Positions 7,205 through 16,996 of a stretch of DNA of 35,694 nucleotides are shown piece by piece. This stretch comes from Acidimicrobiales bacterium (lineage in GTDB: Bacteria; Actinomycetota; Acidimicrobiia; Acidimicrobiales; SHLQ01), in NCBI GenBank assembly GCA_013002375.1, contig JABDJW010000149.1, forward strand, positions 1 to 35,694. The letters are read 5' to 3'. The first letter of the stretch is position 1; each line of letters starts with the position of its first letter. A model generated the notes under the pieces. It did no database searches. It saw only the letters and a program-made list of their open reading frames with translations, and was not told where the DNA came from. The translations under genes and the position numbers were made by a program.

Positions 7205-9394
7205 ATGACATACAAGAGGATGAGGCTGTCGGGTGCTGTCGCGCTCGCCTGGGTACTGGCTGCTGCGGTGATGGTTCCCGCTTCTTCCCCGGCGGCCGCG
7301 GCCGGCCCCGACGACATCGTGAATCCGTCACCGTTTGTCTGGACCTACGTGGCCTCCCCCGAGCCGCACTATGTCGGGGTGATGGAGTACGGCGAAGCGA
7401 CCTTCACGATGAACAACGGCGACACCCTCACCACGCGGGCCTACCGCCAACAGGGTGGTTCGTACTCGATTCCCGGTCCGACCCTGCACATGACCCCCGG
7501 CAATCGATATGTGGTGCGGTTCCGGAATCTCCTCGACTACGAGGCGCCGAGTTCAGACGAGAATGTGTTCAAGGATCCGAACATCACCAACCTCCATACC
7601 CATGGCCTGCACATTTCGGGGGAGGGTGCCGGCGATGACGTGACCCGAATGTTCGAAGGCGGTTTCGGGGGCGATTACATCTATGACATCCCGGCCGATC
7701 ACATGGGCGGAACCTACTGGTATCACGCCCATCACCACGGGGCGACCTACCTCCAGGTGTCAACCGGCGGCTTCGGCCTGATCGTGATCGACGATGGCCA
7801 GGACGGCATACCGGCCAATGTGGCGGCGATGGAGGAACGTGAACTCGTCATTGGCTACCTTGACCCGTCCGCCGCCGGAACCGGAGGGGACACGTTGATC
7901 TCCGGAACGCTCTCACCGGGCTGGACCGTCAACGGCAAGGTTGGAGGCACACTCACCGTGCCGCCCGACACCTGGCTCCACTGGCGGGTCTTGCTGGCCG
8001 ACACCGACGCTCGCACCGAAGCGGTGTCGGTGGGCCCGAATTGCGAGGCCGAATTGCTGGCTCGAGACGGCGTGTGGCGCACGACGGCGCCCAAGGATCT
8101 CAGTACCAACGCGGTGGAGCTCACCGGTGCGTCCCGCGCGGATCTCGCGGTGCGCTGCAGCGGCCCGGCCGACATCCAGGTCGGTAACACCACCGTGGCC
8201 AGCGTCGAAGTCTCCGGTCCGGCTGATCCAGGTCCTCATCCCTACGCCGCCGACGGCGTCTCGAGCTGGTCGGCCAACCGACCGTCATACCTGCGCGACC
8301 TGAGCAGTGTCGCCACGGTCAACACCGAGTCGGTGAGCATCGGCGCCCGCACGATCAACAACGACAAGTTCGACCCCGATACCCCGACGTTCACGCTGAG
8401 TGCCGACATGGTCCAGGAGTGGACCCTGAGCGGGGCCAACAACCACCCGTTCCACCTGCACGTGTACCACATGCAAACGTTCGGCTGCGGCGGCGATTTC
8501 GAGGACGGGGAGTACTACGACACGGTGGCCGGCGACTGCACGGTTCGCTTCGACCTCGACGCGGTAACCGGCAGCGCGTATGCCGGACGCACGATCATGC
8601 ATTGTCACATCCTCGATCACGAGGACCGCGGCGCAATGGGGTGGGTCGACGTGATCGGCGGCACACCGCCTCCGGTTCTGCCGATCGGGCAGGGCTACAG
8701 CCAGTACTACGCGGTTCCTGCCGATCCTCCGTCTGCGCCATCGGGTCTTGTTGCCACCGCGACGTCGAGTTCGTCGGTCGAGCTGCAGTGGGTCGACAAC
8801 GCCACCGAGCCGACCATCTTCAACATCGAGCGCTCTCTCGACAGCACGACGTTTGTGCCGCTCGCCACGACGGCATTCGATGTCACGACCTACACCGACG
8901 ACGATGTCGACCCGGGGACGGCGTACTGGTATCGCGTCAATGCCCGTAACCCGGCCGGAACCTCGTCCTGGTCCAACACCGCCTCCGCGACCACGCCGGT
9001 CGCTCCGTCGGTACGGCCGCTCGGCGGCGTCGTGGTCGAAGGAAGCTCCGGTACGACGATCGTTGACGTGCTCGTCTACCTCGAGGACAGCGAAGGCAAT
9101 CCAACGACCGCCGGTGAGGACGTCACCGTTGACTTCGCCACGGTGGACACCCACCCCAACCCTCAGGTCGCGCAGGCTGGCAGCGACTTCATATCGACCG
9201 CCGGCACCCTCACCATTCCCGCTGGTGCATCACAGGCCAGCGTTCCGGTCGAGGTGATCGGCGATACCGTCGCCGAGCCGCCGCTTCTGTACGGCGAGTG
9301 GGGCCTCGTCATGTTCTCGAACGTGTCCTCGAACGCGCGGCTCGACCTCGGCTTCTTCGGTCTCGGCATCTTCATCATCATCGACGACGATTGA
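7205..9394 (+). CDS. Secreted three-domain multicopper oxidase fused to a fibronectin type III domain and a C-terminal Calx-beta domain
   Basis: Signal peptide: MRLSGAVALAWVLAAAVMVPASSPAAAA. All four Cu motifs are present: HTHGLH, WYHAHHHG, HPFHLHVYH and HCHILDHEDRGAM. FN3: PSAPSGLVATATSSSSVELQWVD...YWYRVNARNPAGTSSWS. Calx-beta-like: VVVEGSSGTT...VDFATVD..AQAGSDFISTAGTLTIPAG.SQASVPVEVIGDTVAEP...IIIDDD-stop. Confidence 0.85.
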   Translation: MTYKRMRLSGAVALAWVLAAAVMVPASSPAAAAGPDDIVNPSPFVWTYVASPEPHYVGVMEYGEATFTMNNGDTLTTRAYRQQGGSYSIPGPTLHMTPGNRYVVRFRNLLDYEAPSSDENVFKDPNITNLHTHGLHISGEGAGDDVTRMFEGGFGGDYIYDIPADHMGGTYWYHAHHHGATYLQVSTGGFGLIVIDDGQDGIPANVAAMEERELVIGYLDPSAAGTGGDTLISGTLSPGWTVNGKVGGTLTVPPDTWLHWRVLLADTDARTEAVSVGPNCEAELLARDGVWRTTAPKDLSTNAVELTGASRADLAVRCSGPADIQVGNTTVASVEVSGPADPGPHPYAADGVSSWSANRPSYLRDLSSVATVNTESVSIGARTINNDKFDPDTPTFTLSADMVQEWTLSGANNHPFHLHVYHMQTFGCGGDFEDGEYYDTVAGDCTVRFDLDAVTGSAYAGRTIMHCHILDHEDRGAMGWVDVIGGTPPPVLPIGQGYSQYYAVPADPPSAPSGLVATATSSSSVELQWVDNATEPTIFNIERSLDSTTFVPLATTAFDVTTYTDDDVDPGTAYWYRVNARNPAGTSSWSNTASATTPVAPSVRPLGGVVVEGSSGTTIVDVLVYLEDSEGNPTTAGEDVTVDFATVDTHPNPQVAQAGSDFISTAGTLTIPAGASQASVPVEVIGDTVAEPPLLYGEWGLVMFSNVSSNARLDLGFFGLGIFIIIDDD

Positions 9395-9403
9395 CGGTCG
9401 GCT

Positions 9404-9433
9404 CGAGCTAGGGAATACCGAGCTAGGGAATAC
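9404..9433. repeat. Perfect 15-bp tandem duplication (cgagctagggaatac x2) at the 3' end of the oxidoreductase gene
   Basis: Read directly: 9404-9418 and 9419-9433 are identical. On the minus strand the 9419-9433 copy holds the last three sense codons (R I P) and the TAG stop of the 9423..10520 gene. The other copy lies in the 28-bp gap between the convergent genes. Confidence 0.9.
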
Positions 9434-10520
9434 GCAGCACCATCGCGCCGACGTGGTCCTTCGCGGCGAAGGCTTCCTGGGCCTGGTGGATCTGTTCGAG
9501 CGGGTAGGTGCCGCCCACGATGGGGCTGATCTCGCCCCGAGCGATGTAGCCGACGAGCGCAGAGAACACGTCGGGCTGGTACACGGTGGCGCCGTAGAGC
9601 TCGAGGTCGTGGAGGTACAAGGTGCGGAGGTCGAGGTCGACGATCGGTCCGGCGATGGCGCCGGCGGTCACGTAGCGCCCGCCGCGCCGCAGGGCCTCGA
9701 ACCACCGTGGGGTGTCGGCTCCGCCCACCACGTCGGCGACCACATGGAACGGCCCGCCGTTCGCTTCGAGGGCGGCCGCGACGGCATCGGGGTTCTGTCG
9801 CGGCACCAGGTGGTCGGCCCCGAGGGCGGCAACGGCGTCGAGCTTCGTCTGGCCGGCGATCGCGGTGACCGTAGCGCCACGGAGTCTGGCCAGGCTCACC
9901 AGGGCCGTTCCGACACCGCCCGATGCGCCGGTGATCGCCACCGACTGACCGGCGCCGAGCTGCACCCGGTGCAGCATGTGTTCGGCGGTCGACCATGAAC
10001 AAGGAAAGCTGGCCAGCTCGACATCGGTGAGCGGGCTGTCATGGGGATATACGTTGCGGCCCGGCACCGCGCAGTATTGCGCGAAGCCGCCGTCGAGTTC
10101 GCTGCCCAGGTACTGCGCGAGTTCCCGTCGGTTCGGATCGGCCTTGTCGCGGATCCAACAGTCGACCAGGGCTCGCCGGCCGATCAGGGAGCGATCGGTC
10201 TCGGCTCCGACCGCCACCACCCGTCCGCTCGGGTCTGCTCCCTGAATGCGGGGGTAGGCGATGGACGATCCGCCCCAGGCGCCATCGGAACTGTCCGAAC
10301 CCGGGGCGACGGCTTCGGTGGGCCCGCTGACCGACTTGCTGTACCAGCCGACCCGGGTGTTGATGTCGGTGTTGTTCATGCCGCACGCCGCCACCCGCAG
10401 GAGGACCTCGTCGGGTCCCGGCGAGGGCACCGGTACGTCGTGGCGCACCTCGAGCATCTCGGGCCCGCCCTGACCCAGCAGCAAGGCGGCGGTCATCGTT
10501 TCCGGTAGCTCTGTCGGCAT
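9423..10520 (-). CDS. Zinc-type (MDR superfamily) alcohol dehydrogenase / quinone oxidoreductase-like protein
   Basis: The N-terminal GroES-like segment is LEVRHDVPVPSPGPDEVLLRVAACGMNNTDINTR. The Rossmann motif is VAITGASGGVGTALVSLARLRGATV. The C-terminus G.ISPIV...PLE.I..AQE.F....HVGAMVL is typical of MDR enzymes. An alternative start is the ATG at 10496. Confidence 0.85.
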   Translation of the reverse strand: MPTELPETMTAALLLGQGGPEMLEVRHDVPVPSPGPDEVLLRVAACGMNNTDINTRVGWYSKSVSGPTEAVAPGSDSSDGAWGGSSIAYPRIQGADPSGRVVAVGAETDRSLIGRRALVDCWIRDKADPNRRELAQYLGSELDGGFAQYCAVPGRNVYPHDSPLTDVELASFPCSWSTAEHMLHRVQLGAGQSVAITGASGGVGTALVSLARLRGATVTAIAGQTKLDAVAALGADHLVPRQNPDAVAAALEANGGPFHVVADVVGGADTPRWFEALRRGGRYVTAGAIAGPIVDLDLRTLYLHDLELYGATVYQPDVFSALVGYIARGEISPIVGGTYPLEQIHQAQEAFAAKDHVGAMVLRIP

Positions 10521-10539
10521 GGCCGTCGAGGCTACCGCC

Positions 10540-11007
10540 CTAGACCGTTCGCAGGTTTGGTTGTCGATGTCCGCTCCGCGTCAGGCCGCCACAGTCGAGC
10601 AGAGGCCGGCGCAGCATCTCGAGACTGTCGCTGCGGGGGTGCAGGGCTCCGTTGGCGTGGAGCACGAGGAGGACGCTCCAGAGCGCTTCGGGGGCATCCA
10701 GGGGAAGCTCGAGCTCGTGTGCTTCGCACCACACCAGAATGTCGACCCAGAGCATCTCGCGCACGGTGGATTCGGTGTACAGGTCGGGTAGCTCGTCGCG
10801 CCACGCCTTGGCGGCCAGAACCGCGGTGACCGCATCGGCCGACAGTGGGCGCCCCTCCTGCAGCGAGTGGGCCAGCACCCGGCGGCGCAGCGCTCGATCG
10901 TCAGCATCGAGCGCCTGGCGGGGATCAACCCGACGTTGGCGGTGGAGTGGGGGAACGGCCCGCAATCGCCGGCCGCTCGAGGGGTGGGGGGAAGTGTCGG
11001 TGTCCAT
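10540..11007 (-). CDS. Hypothetical protein with no recognisable domain
   Basis: This is the best of three overlapping ORFs by GC3, which is clearly high from about codon 40 onward. The first ~40 codons have weaker codon usage, so the real start may be the GTG at 10878. It lies between hppA and the oxidoreductase on the same strand. Confidence 0.45.
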   Translation of the reverse strand: MDTDTSPHPSSGRRLRAVPPLHRQRRVDPRQALDADDRALRRRVLAHSLQEGRPLSADAVTAVLAAKAWRDELPDLYTESTVREMLWVDILVWCEAHELELPLDAPEALWSVLLVLHANGALHPRSDSLEMLRRPLLDCGGLTRSGHRQPNLRTV

Positions 11008-11136
11008 AGCCCCACTCTGACCGGGGGGTGTGACAGTTTTGTTCAGGCGGCTCCGACCGAACCGGTCCGGATAGTCAGCGTCCAGCGCCGAAAACCCGGA
11101 CCAGTTGGGGACAGATGTCGAGAAGATTTCCGGTGG

Positions 11137-13239
<2,103 letters not shown>

Positions 13240-13360
13240 AGAGTTTCTCCTGGGATTGAGTTGTCTCGTCCCTGACCCAATACAGCAGCCAGCGCATTCG
13301 TGAGAGGTTCCCACCTGCGGCGACGAGCATGGTGCTCGCGGGACGGAGCAACGCTAGTTA

Positions 13361-13389
13361 TCGTGAGTACGAGGTACAAGGATGCCGCG
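13361..13389 (-). promoter_or_regulatory. Candidate sigma70-type promoter for hppA (-35 TTGTAC, 17-nt spacer, -10 TAGCGT)
   Basis: On the minus strand it reads TTGTAC (13389..13384), a 17-nt spacer, then TAGCGT (13366..13361), which fits TANNNT. It lies in the 179-bp divergent gap, about 120 nt upstream of the hppA GTG. This is a pattern match only. Confidence 0.3.
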
Positions 13390-13418
13390 CGGATTTGTCG
13401 AAGGCGAACTGGGAGCAC

Positions 13419-14069
13419 ATGTCACAGGCCGGCTCAGGAGCAGATGAGACCGGCGACGTGGCGGCGAAGGTGATCGCTCGGCTTCGACAAGAAGCGCGGG
13501 TCGCTCGGCGGGCGCTCCCGCGCGCGGCCCGACGCTCAGGTGCGGCTGCCTTGACCGACCGGATCCTGGCCTTGCCCGAGGTCGATGCGCTGCCGCCGGG
13601 CGGAATCGTTGCCGGCTTCATGGCCTTCGACGGCGAGATCGACGTCGGGCCGGCGATGCGTGCGTTGGGCGCTAGCGGGTTTGAGATCGCTCTGCCTCGC
13701 ATCGACGCCGATGCCGTGACGTTCCATCTGGCTGCCGAGCCGGGCGCCGACGGCGGCGACCTGGTGCCGGCCGCGATGGTTCCCGGCCGGTTCGGCATCC
13801 TCGAGCCCACACCGAACCAACCGCGGGCCGATCGGCTCGGGCTCGTCCTCGTGCCGCTGGTGGCCTTCGATGCCCAGTGTCATCGCATCGGCATGGGGCG
13901 AGGGTATTACGACCGCTTCTTCGCCGATTGGCCAACGCGGCCGCCACTGATCGGCGTGGCGTTCGATGCGCAGCAGGTGGATTCGATTCCGGCCCGGCGC
14001 TGGGACGTTTCGCTCGACGCGGTGGTGACGCCATCGCACACCCACCGTTCCGGCCGGCCACGAAATTGA
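13419..14069 (+). CDS. 5-formyltetrahydrofolate cyclo-ligase
   Basis: It shows the motifs FMAFDGEIDV...GILEP......LVLVPLVAFDAQCHRIGMGRGYYDRFF...IGVAFD.Q.V..IP...WD. I chose the ATG at 13419, which is preceded by gggag. The 13329-13418 extension has low GC3. Confidence 0.85.
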   Translation: MSQAGSGADETGDVAAKVIARLRQEARVARRALPRAARRSGAAALTDRILALPEVDALPPGGIVAGFMAFDGEIDVGPAMRALGASGFEIALPRIDADAVTFHLAAEPGADGGDLVPAAMVPGRFGILEPTPNQPRADRLGLVLVPLVAFDAQCHRIGMGRGYYDRFFADWPTRPPLIGVAFDAQQVDSIPARRWDVSLDAVVTPSHTHRSGRPRN

Positions 14070-14096
14070 GCTCCGGTTCGCACATGAGCGGGCTGC

Positions 14097-15461
14097 ATGC
14101 GACAGACTTCCCAGGTGCACATCATTGTTGTCGGAGCCGGCGAGGTCGGTTCGTACGTCGCCGACCGCCTGGCCCGGGAAGGTCACGACGTCGCGGTCAT
14201 CGAGACCCACGCAGGTAGGCGCCGCCAGATCGAGGAAGAACTCGACGTCTTGACCATCGCCGGAAGTGGCACCCACCCTGCGGTGCTTCGTCAGGCCGGG
14301 CTCGATCGGGCCGAAATCCTCGTTGCCGCGACCTCGGACGACTCGGCCAACCTGCTGGCGTCGATGATCGCCAAGCAGCACGGTGTGCCGCGGACCATCG
14401 TGCGGATCGAGGCCGCCGAGCTTCGCGGAGACGATGCGGCCGAGCTCCGGGCAGCATCCGGCGCCGACCTCATCATTGATCCCGATCAGGAGACCGCGAT
14501 CGAGATCCTCGATCTGCTCGAGTACCCGGGCGCCTCCGAGGTCGCCAACATGGGCGCCGATGAGGTCGTGGTTATCGGCGCTCGGCTGCCGGCCCACTCC
14601 GAACTCGTCGGCAAGAGGCTGTCCGAGATCGCAAAGCAATTCGAACCGGAGTGGGAATTCATCGTCGGTGCCATCACCCGCGGCGACAAGACGATCATTC
14701 CCCGCGACGAGGACGTCCAGCTGGAGACCCATGATCTGCTCCGGATCGCCTGTCGCCGCGAGTCGCGCCGGCTGGTCGCGTCGTTGATGGGATTGGCGCG
14801 CGACATCCCTCGTCGAATCCTGCTGTTGGGTGGCGGGCGAACCGCTCGAAAGCTGGCCGAACGCCTGAGCAATCGAGGGGCGGAGGTCTTGATCCTCGAA
14901 CGCAATCGCGGTCGGGCCCGGTACCTGGCCGAGCAACTCGATCACGTCCTCGTGCTCGAGGGCGACATCACCGACAACGATCTGCTCGATGAGGCCCAGG
15001 TCGGCGACGCCGACGCGGTGATCGCCCTCACCGGCGAAGACGACGCCAATGTCTTGGCCTGTCTGTACGCAAAGTCGGCCGGGGCCAAGGAGACGATTGC
15101 GGTCGTCCACCGACTTTCGTTGCTCGACCTGCTCGACGAAGTGGGCGTCGATGTTGCGTTGTCGCCCCGTACCGCGAGCGCCAACGGCGTCATGCGGTTC
15201 GTGCGCAGCGATGTCGCCCAAGTGGCGACGTTCCTCCAGGGCGATGCCGAGGTGTTGGAGTTCGTCGTCCGGGCCGGCAGCCCTGCCGACGGTCAGCTCA
15301 TCTCCGATCTCGGCTTCCCACGCGACGTCCTGCTCGGCGCGATCGTGCGGGACGGCAAGTCCCACATCGCCAGGGGCCGCAGCCGCCTGCGGAGGAATGA
15401 TCACGTCGTCGTCTTCGCCATGCCCCAGTCGGTCGACGAGTTGGCGCGCTGGTTCGGGTGA
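14097..15461 (+). CDS. trkA: Trk system K+ uptake regulatory protein TrkA (tandem RCK N/C domains)
   Basis: There are two Rossmann NAD-binding repeats, IIVVGAGEVGSYVADRLAREGHDVAVIE and ILLLGGGRTARKLAERLSNRGAEVLILE. Each is followed by an RCK_C-like segment. The stop overlaps the next start (GTGA). Confidence 0.92.
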   Translation: MRQTSQVHIIVVGAGEVGSYVADRLAREGHDVAVIETHAGRRRQIEEELDVLTIAGSGTHPAVLRQAGLDRAEILVAATSDDSANLLASMIAKQHGVPRTIVRIEAAELRGDDAAELRAASGADLIIDPDQETAIEILDLLEYPGASEVANMGADEVVVIGARLPAHSELVGKRLSEIAKQFEPEWEFIVGAITRGDKTIIPRDEDVQLETHDLLRIACRRESRRLVASLMGLARDIPRRILLLGGGRTARKLAERLSNRGAEVLILERNRGRARYLAEQLDHVLVLEGDITDNDLLDEAQVGDADAVIALTGEDDANVLACLYAKSAGAKETIAVVHRLSLLDLLDEVGVDVALSPRTASANGVMRFVRSDVAQVATFLQGDAEVLEFVVRAGSPADGQLISDLGFPRDVLLGAIVRDGKSHIARGRSRLRRNDHVVVFAMPQSVDELARWFG

Positions 15462-16996
15462 TTCCCCGCCGGCCCCGATCGGCCTGGTCGATCCGGCTCG
15501 CCGCCACCCAGCGGCCCGGCGTGGGCTGGCCGATTGCGATGGCCGCCCTTCTCACCGGTATTGCCGCCATGGCGGCAGGGGTGATCGATCTCACCGCCGC
15601 TGGCGACGCGGCGCCTTGGTTGCTGTGGATCGGTGTGCTCATGATCGGCCCGAGCCTGTACTGGCTGTGGGTGCGCAAGGCGGAACTGCATCTTCGGGGG
15701 CGCGGTGGTTGGGCCTCGATCGGCGCGTACTGGCTGGCACTGGCTTGCTTCGGCGCGGTCGTGCATCTCTTCGCGAGCGCGTTCTCGATGCATGTCCTCG
15801 ACGCGTTGTTCGAGTCGACCTCGGGTTTCGCAACGGTCGGCATGACCTCGATCTCGGACGTCGACAACGCCGATCGAGGCATCCTGGCCTTTCGGGCCGC
15901 CTCCAATTGGGTCGGTGGATTCAGCGCCCTGGCCAGCGCCTTGGTCTTTCTTCCTCGTATTCGGCGCGATGGTCCCAATGTCGACGACGAGTATCTCCGC
16001 GGGGCCGGCCACGCGTTGATACCCACGGTGCGGCTCGGTCTGCGCAATGTCGGCGTCTTCTACGGCGCCTTCACCAGCGTCGGGTTCTTGGCCTACCGGA
16101 TTGCCGGGCTGGGGTGGTTCGACGCGTTGGCCCACGCGCTCAGCACCGTGTCCACCGGTGGGTTCTCGACCCGAAATGGATCGATCTGGGATTTCACGTC
16201 GGCGCCGGTCGAGTGGGTGGCGATCGTGTTGATGTTCTTGGCCGGTTTCTCGGTGCCGGCCATGTGGTGGGCGGTGCGGGGGCGCGGCACCGCGCTGTTG
16301 CGGTCGGTCGAGGTGCAGCTGTACCTCTTGCTCATCTTGGTGGTCACCGTGGTGGCCTCGGTGGCCGACACCCACAGCACCGGCCTGCGCCCGACCCGTG
16401 AGGCGGTCATGGCCGCGGTGTCGTTCCTGAGCACGACGGGCCTGGTGGCCTTTGACTGGCAGGGTTGGCACGTCGGGGTGCAGACCCTGCTGATCATGTT
16501 GATGGCCCTCGGGGCCATGAACGGTTCGGCCGGGGGTGGGTTCGGGCTGAGCCGGGCCATGGTGTTGTTCCGCCTCACCTTGCGGACGATGTATCGCATG
16601 TTGCGGCCCCACGGGGTGCGGGTGGTGAAGCTCGACAAGCGGACCATTCCCGAAGAGCAACTTCGTCGCGAAGCCGGCTACCTGGTGCTGTACGCCGGCG
16701 TCGCACTGGCCGGCGCGTATGGTGTCGCCTTCTTCGAGCCCCAGCTCCGTCGGTCGTTGGTGGCTGCGGTTGCGGCGATCTCGACGACCGGGCCAATCCT
16801 CGGACTCCAGACCGCGGCCGAACTCTCCCGCGGCGCCCGCACGGCGCTGGTTCCCGTGATGTTGCTCGGTCGTTCGGCCATCGTGCCGATCGCGCTTCTG
16901 CTGTCCGTGGTGACCGCATCGACGCGTCGCGAGGTGCAATACCGGCTCTACGGTCGACGACGTCGGCCTCGTGCGCTGGAAGACGTGCGCCCGTGA
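15458..16996 (+). CDS. trkH: TrkH-family K+ transporter membrane subunit, paralogue 1
   Basis: It is polytopic, with four pore-loop-like segments: ESTSGFATVGMT, LSTVSTGGFSTRNGS, FLSTTGLVAF and ISTTGPILG. The GTG start at 15458 overlaps the trkA TGA. Confidence 0.85.
   Translation: MIPRRPRSAWSIRLAATQRPGVGWPIAMAALLTGIAAMAAGVIDLTAAGDAAPWLLWIGVLMIGPSLYWLWVRKAELHLRGRGGWASIGAYWLALACFGAVVHLFASAFSMHVLDALFESTSGFATVGMTSISDVDNADRGILAFRAASNWVGGFSALASALVFLPRIRRDGPNVDDEYLRGAGHALIPTVRLGLRNVGVFYGAFTSVGFLAYRIAGLGWFDALAHALSTVSTGGFSTRNGSIWDFTSAPVEWVAIVLMFLAGFSVPAMWWAVRGRGTALLRSVEVQLYLLLILVVTVVASVADTHSTGLRPTREAVMAAVSFLSTTGLVAFDWQGWHVGVQTLLIMLMALGAMNGSAGGGFGLSRAMVLFRLTLRTMYRMLRPHGVRVVKLDKRTIPEEQLRREAGYLVLYAGVALAGAYGVAFFEPQLRRSLVAAVAAISTTGPILGLQTAAELSRGARTALVPVMLLGRSAIVPIALLLSVVTASTRREVQYRLYGRRRRPRALEDVRP

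Noticed and set aside
9404-9433. The 15-bp tandem repeat considered as a CRISPR remnant, att site or mobile-element end
   Set aside because: There are only two directly abutting copies with no spacer. No cas, integrase or transposase genes are nearby, and there is no inverted-repeat partner. A simple local duplication explains it.
11060-11106. An imperfect long-range inverted repeat (AACCGGTCCGG ... CCGGACCAGTT, with a 25-nt loop) downstream of hppA, considered as an intrinsic terminator
   Set aside because: It has one mismatch, a large loop and no U-tract on the minus strand. That is too weak to call a terminator from sequence alone.
16465-16992. An N-terminal 176-aa extension of the second trkH ORF as listed in the track (start at 16465)
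   Set aside because: This stretch is an alternative frame across the 3' part of trkH paralogue 1 and is Arg/Gly/Pro-rich. The TrkH-like sequence only begins near MFTPQRRRVKS. The GTG at 16993 or the ATG at 17017 are the realistic starts.
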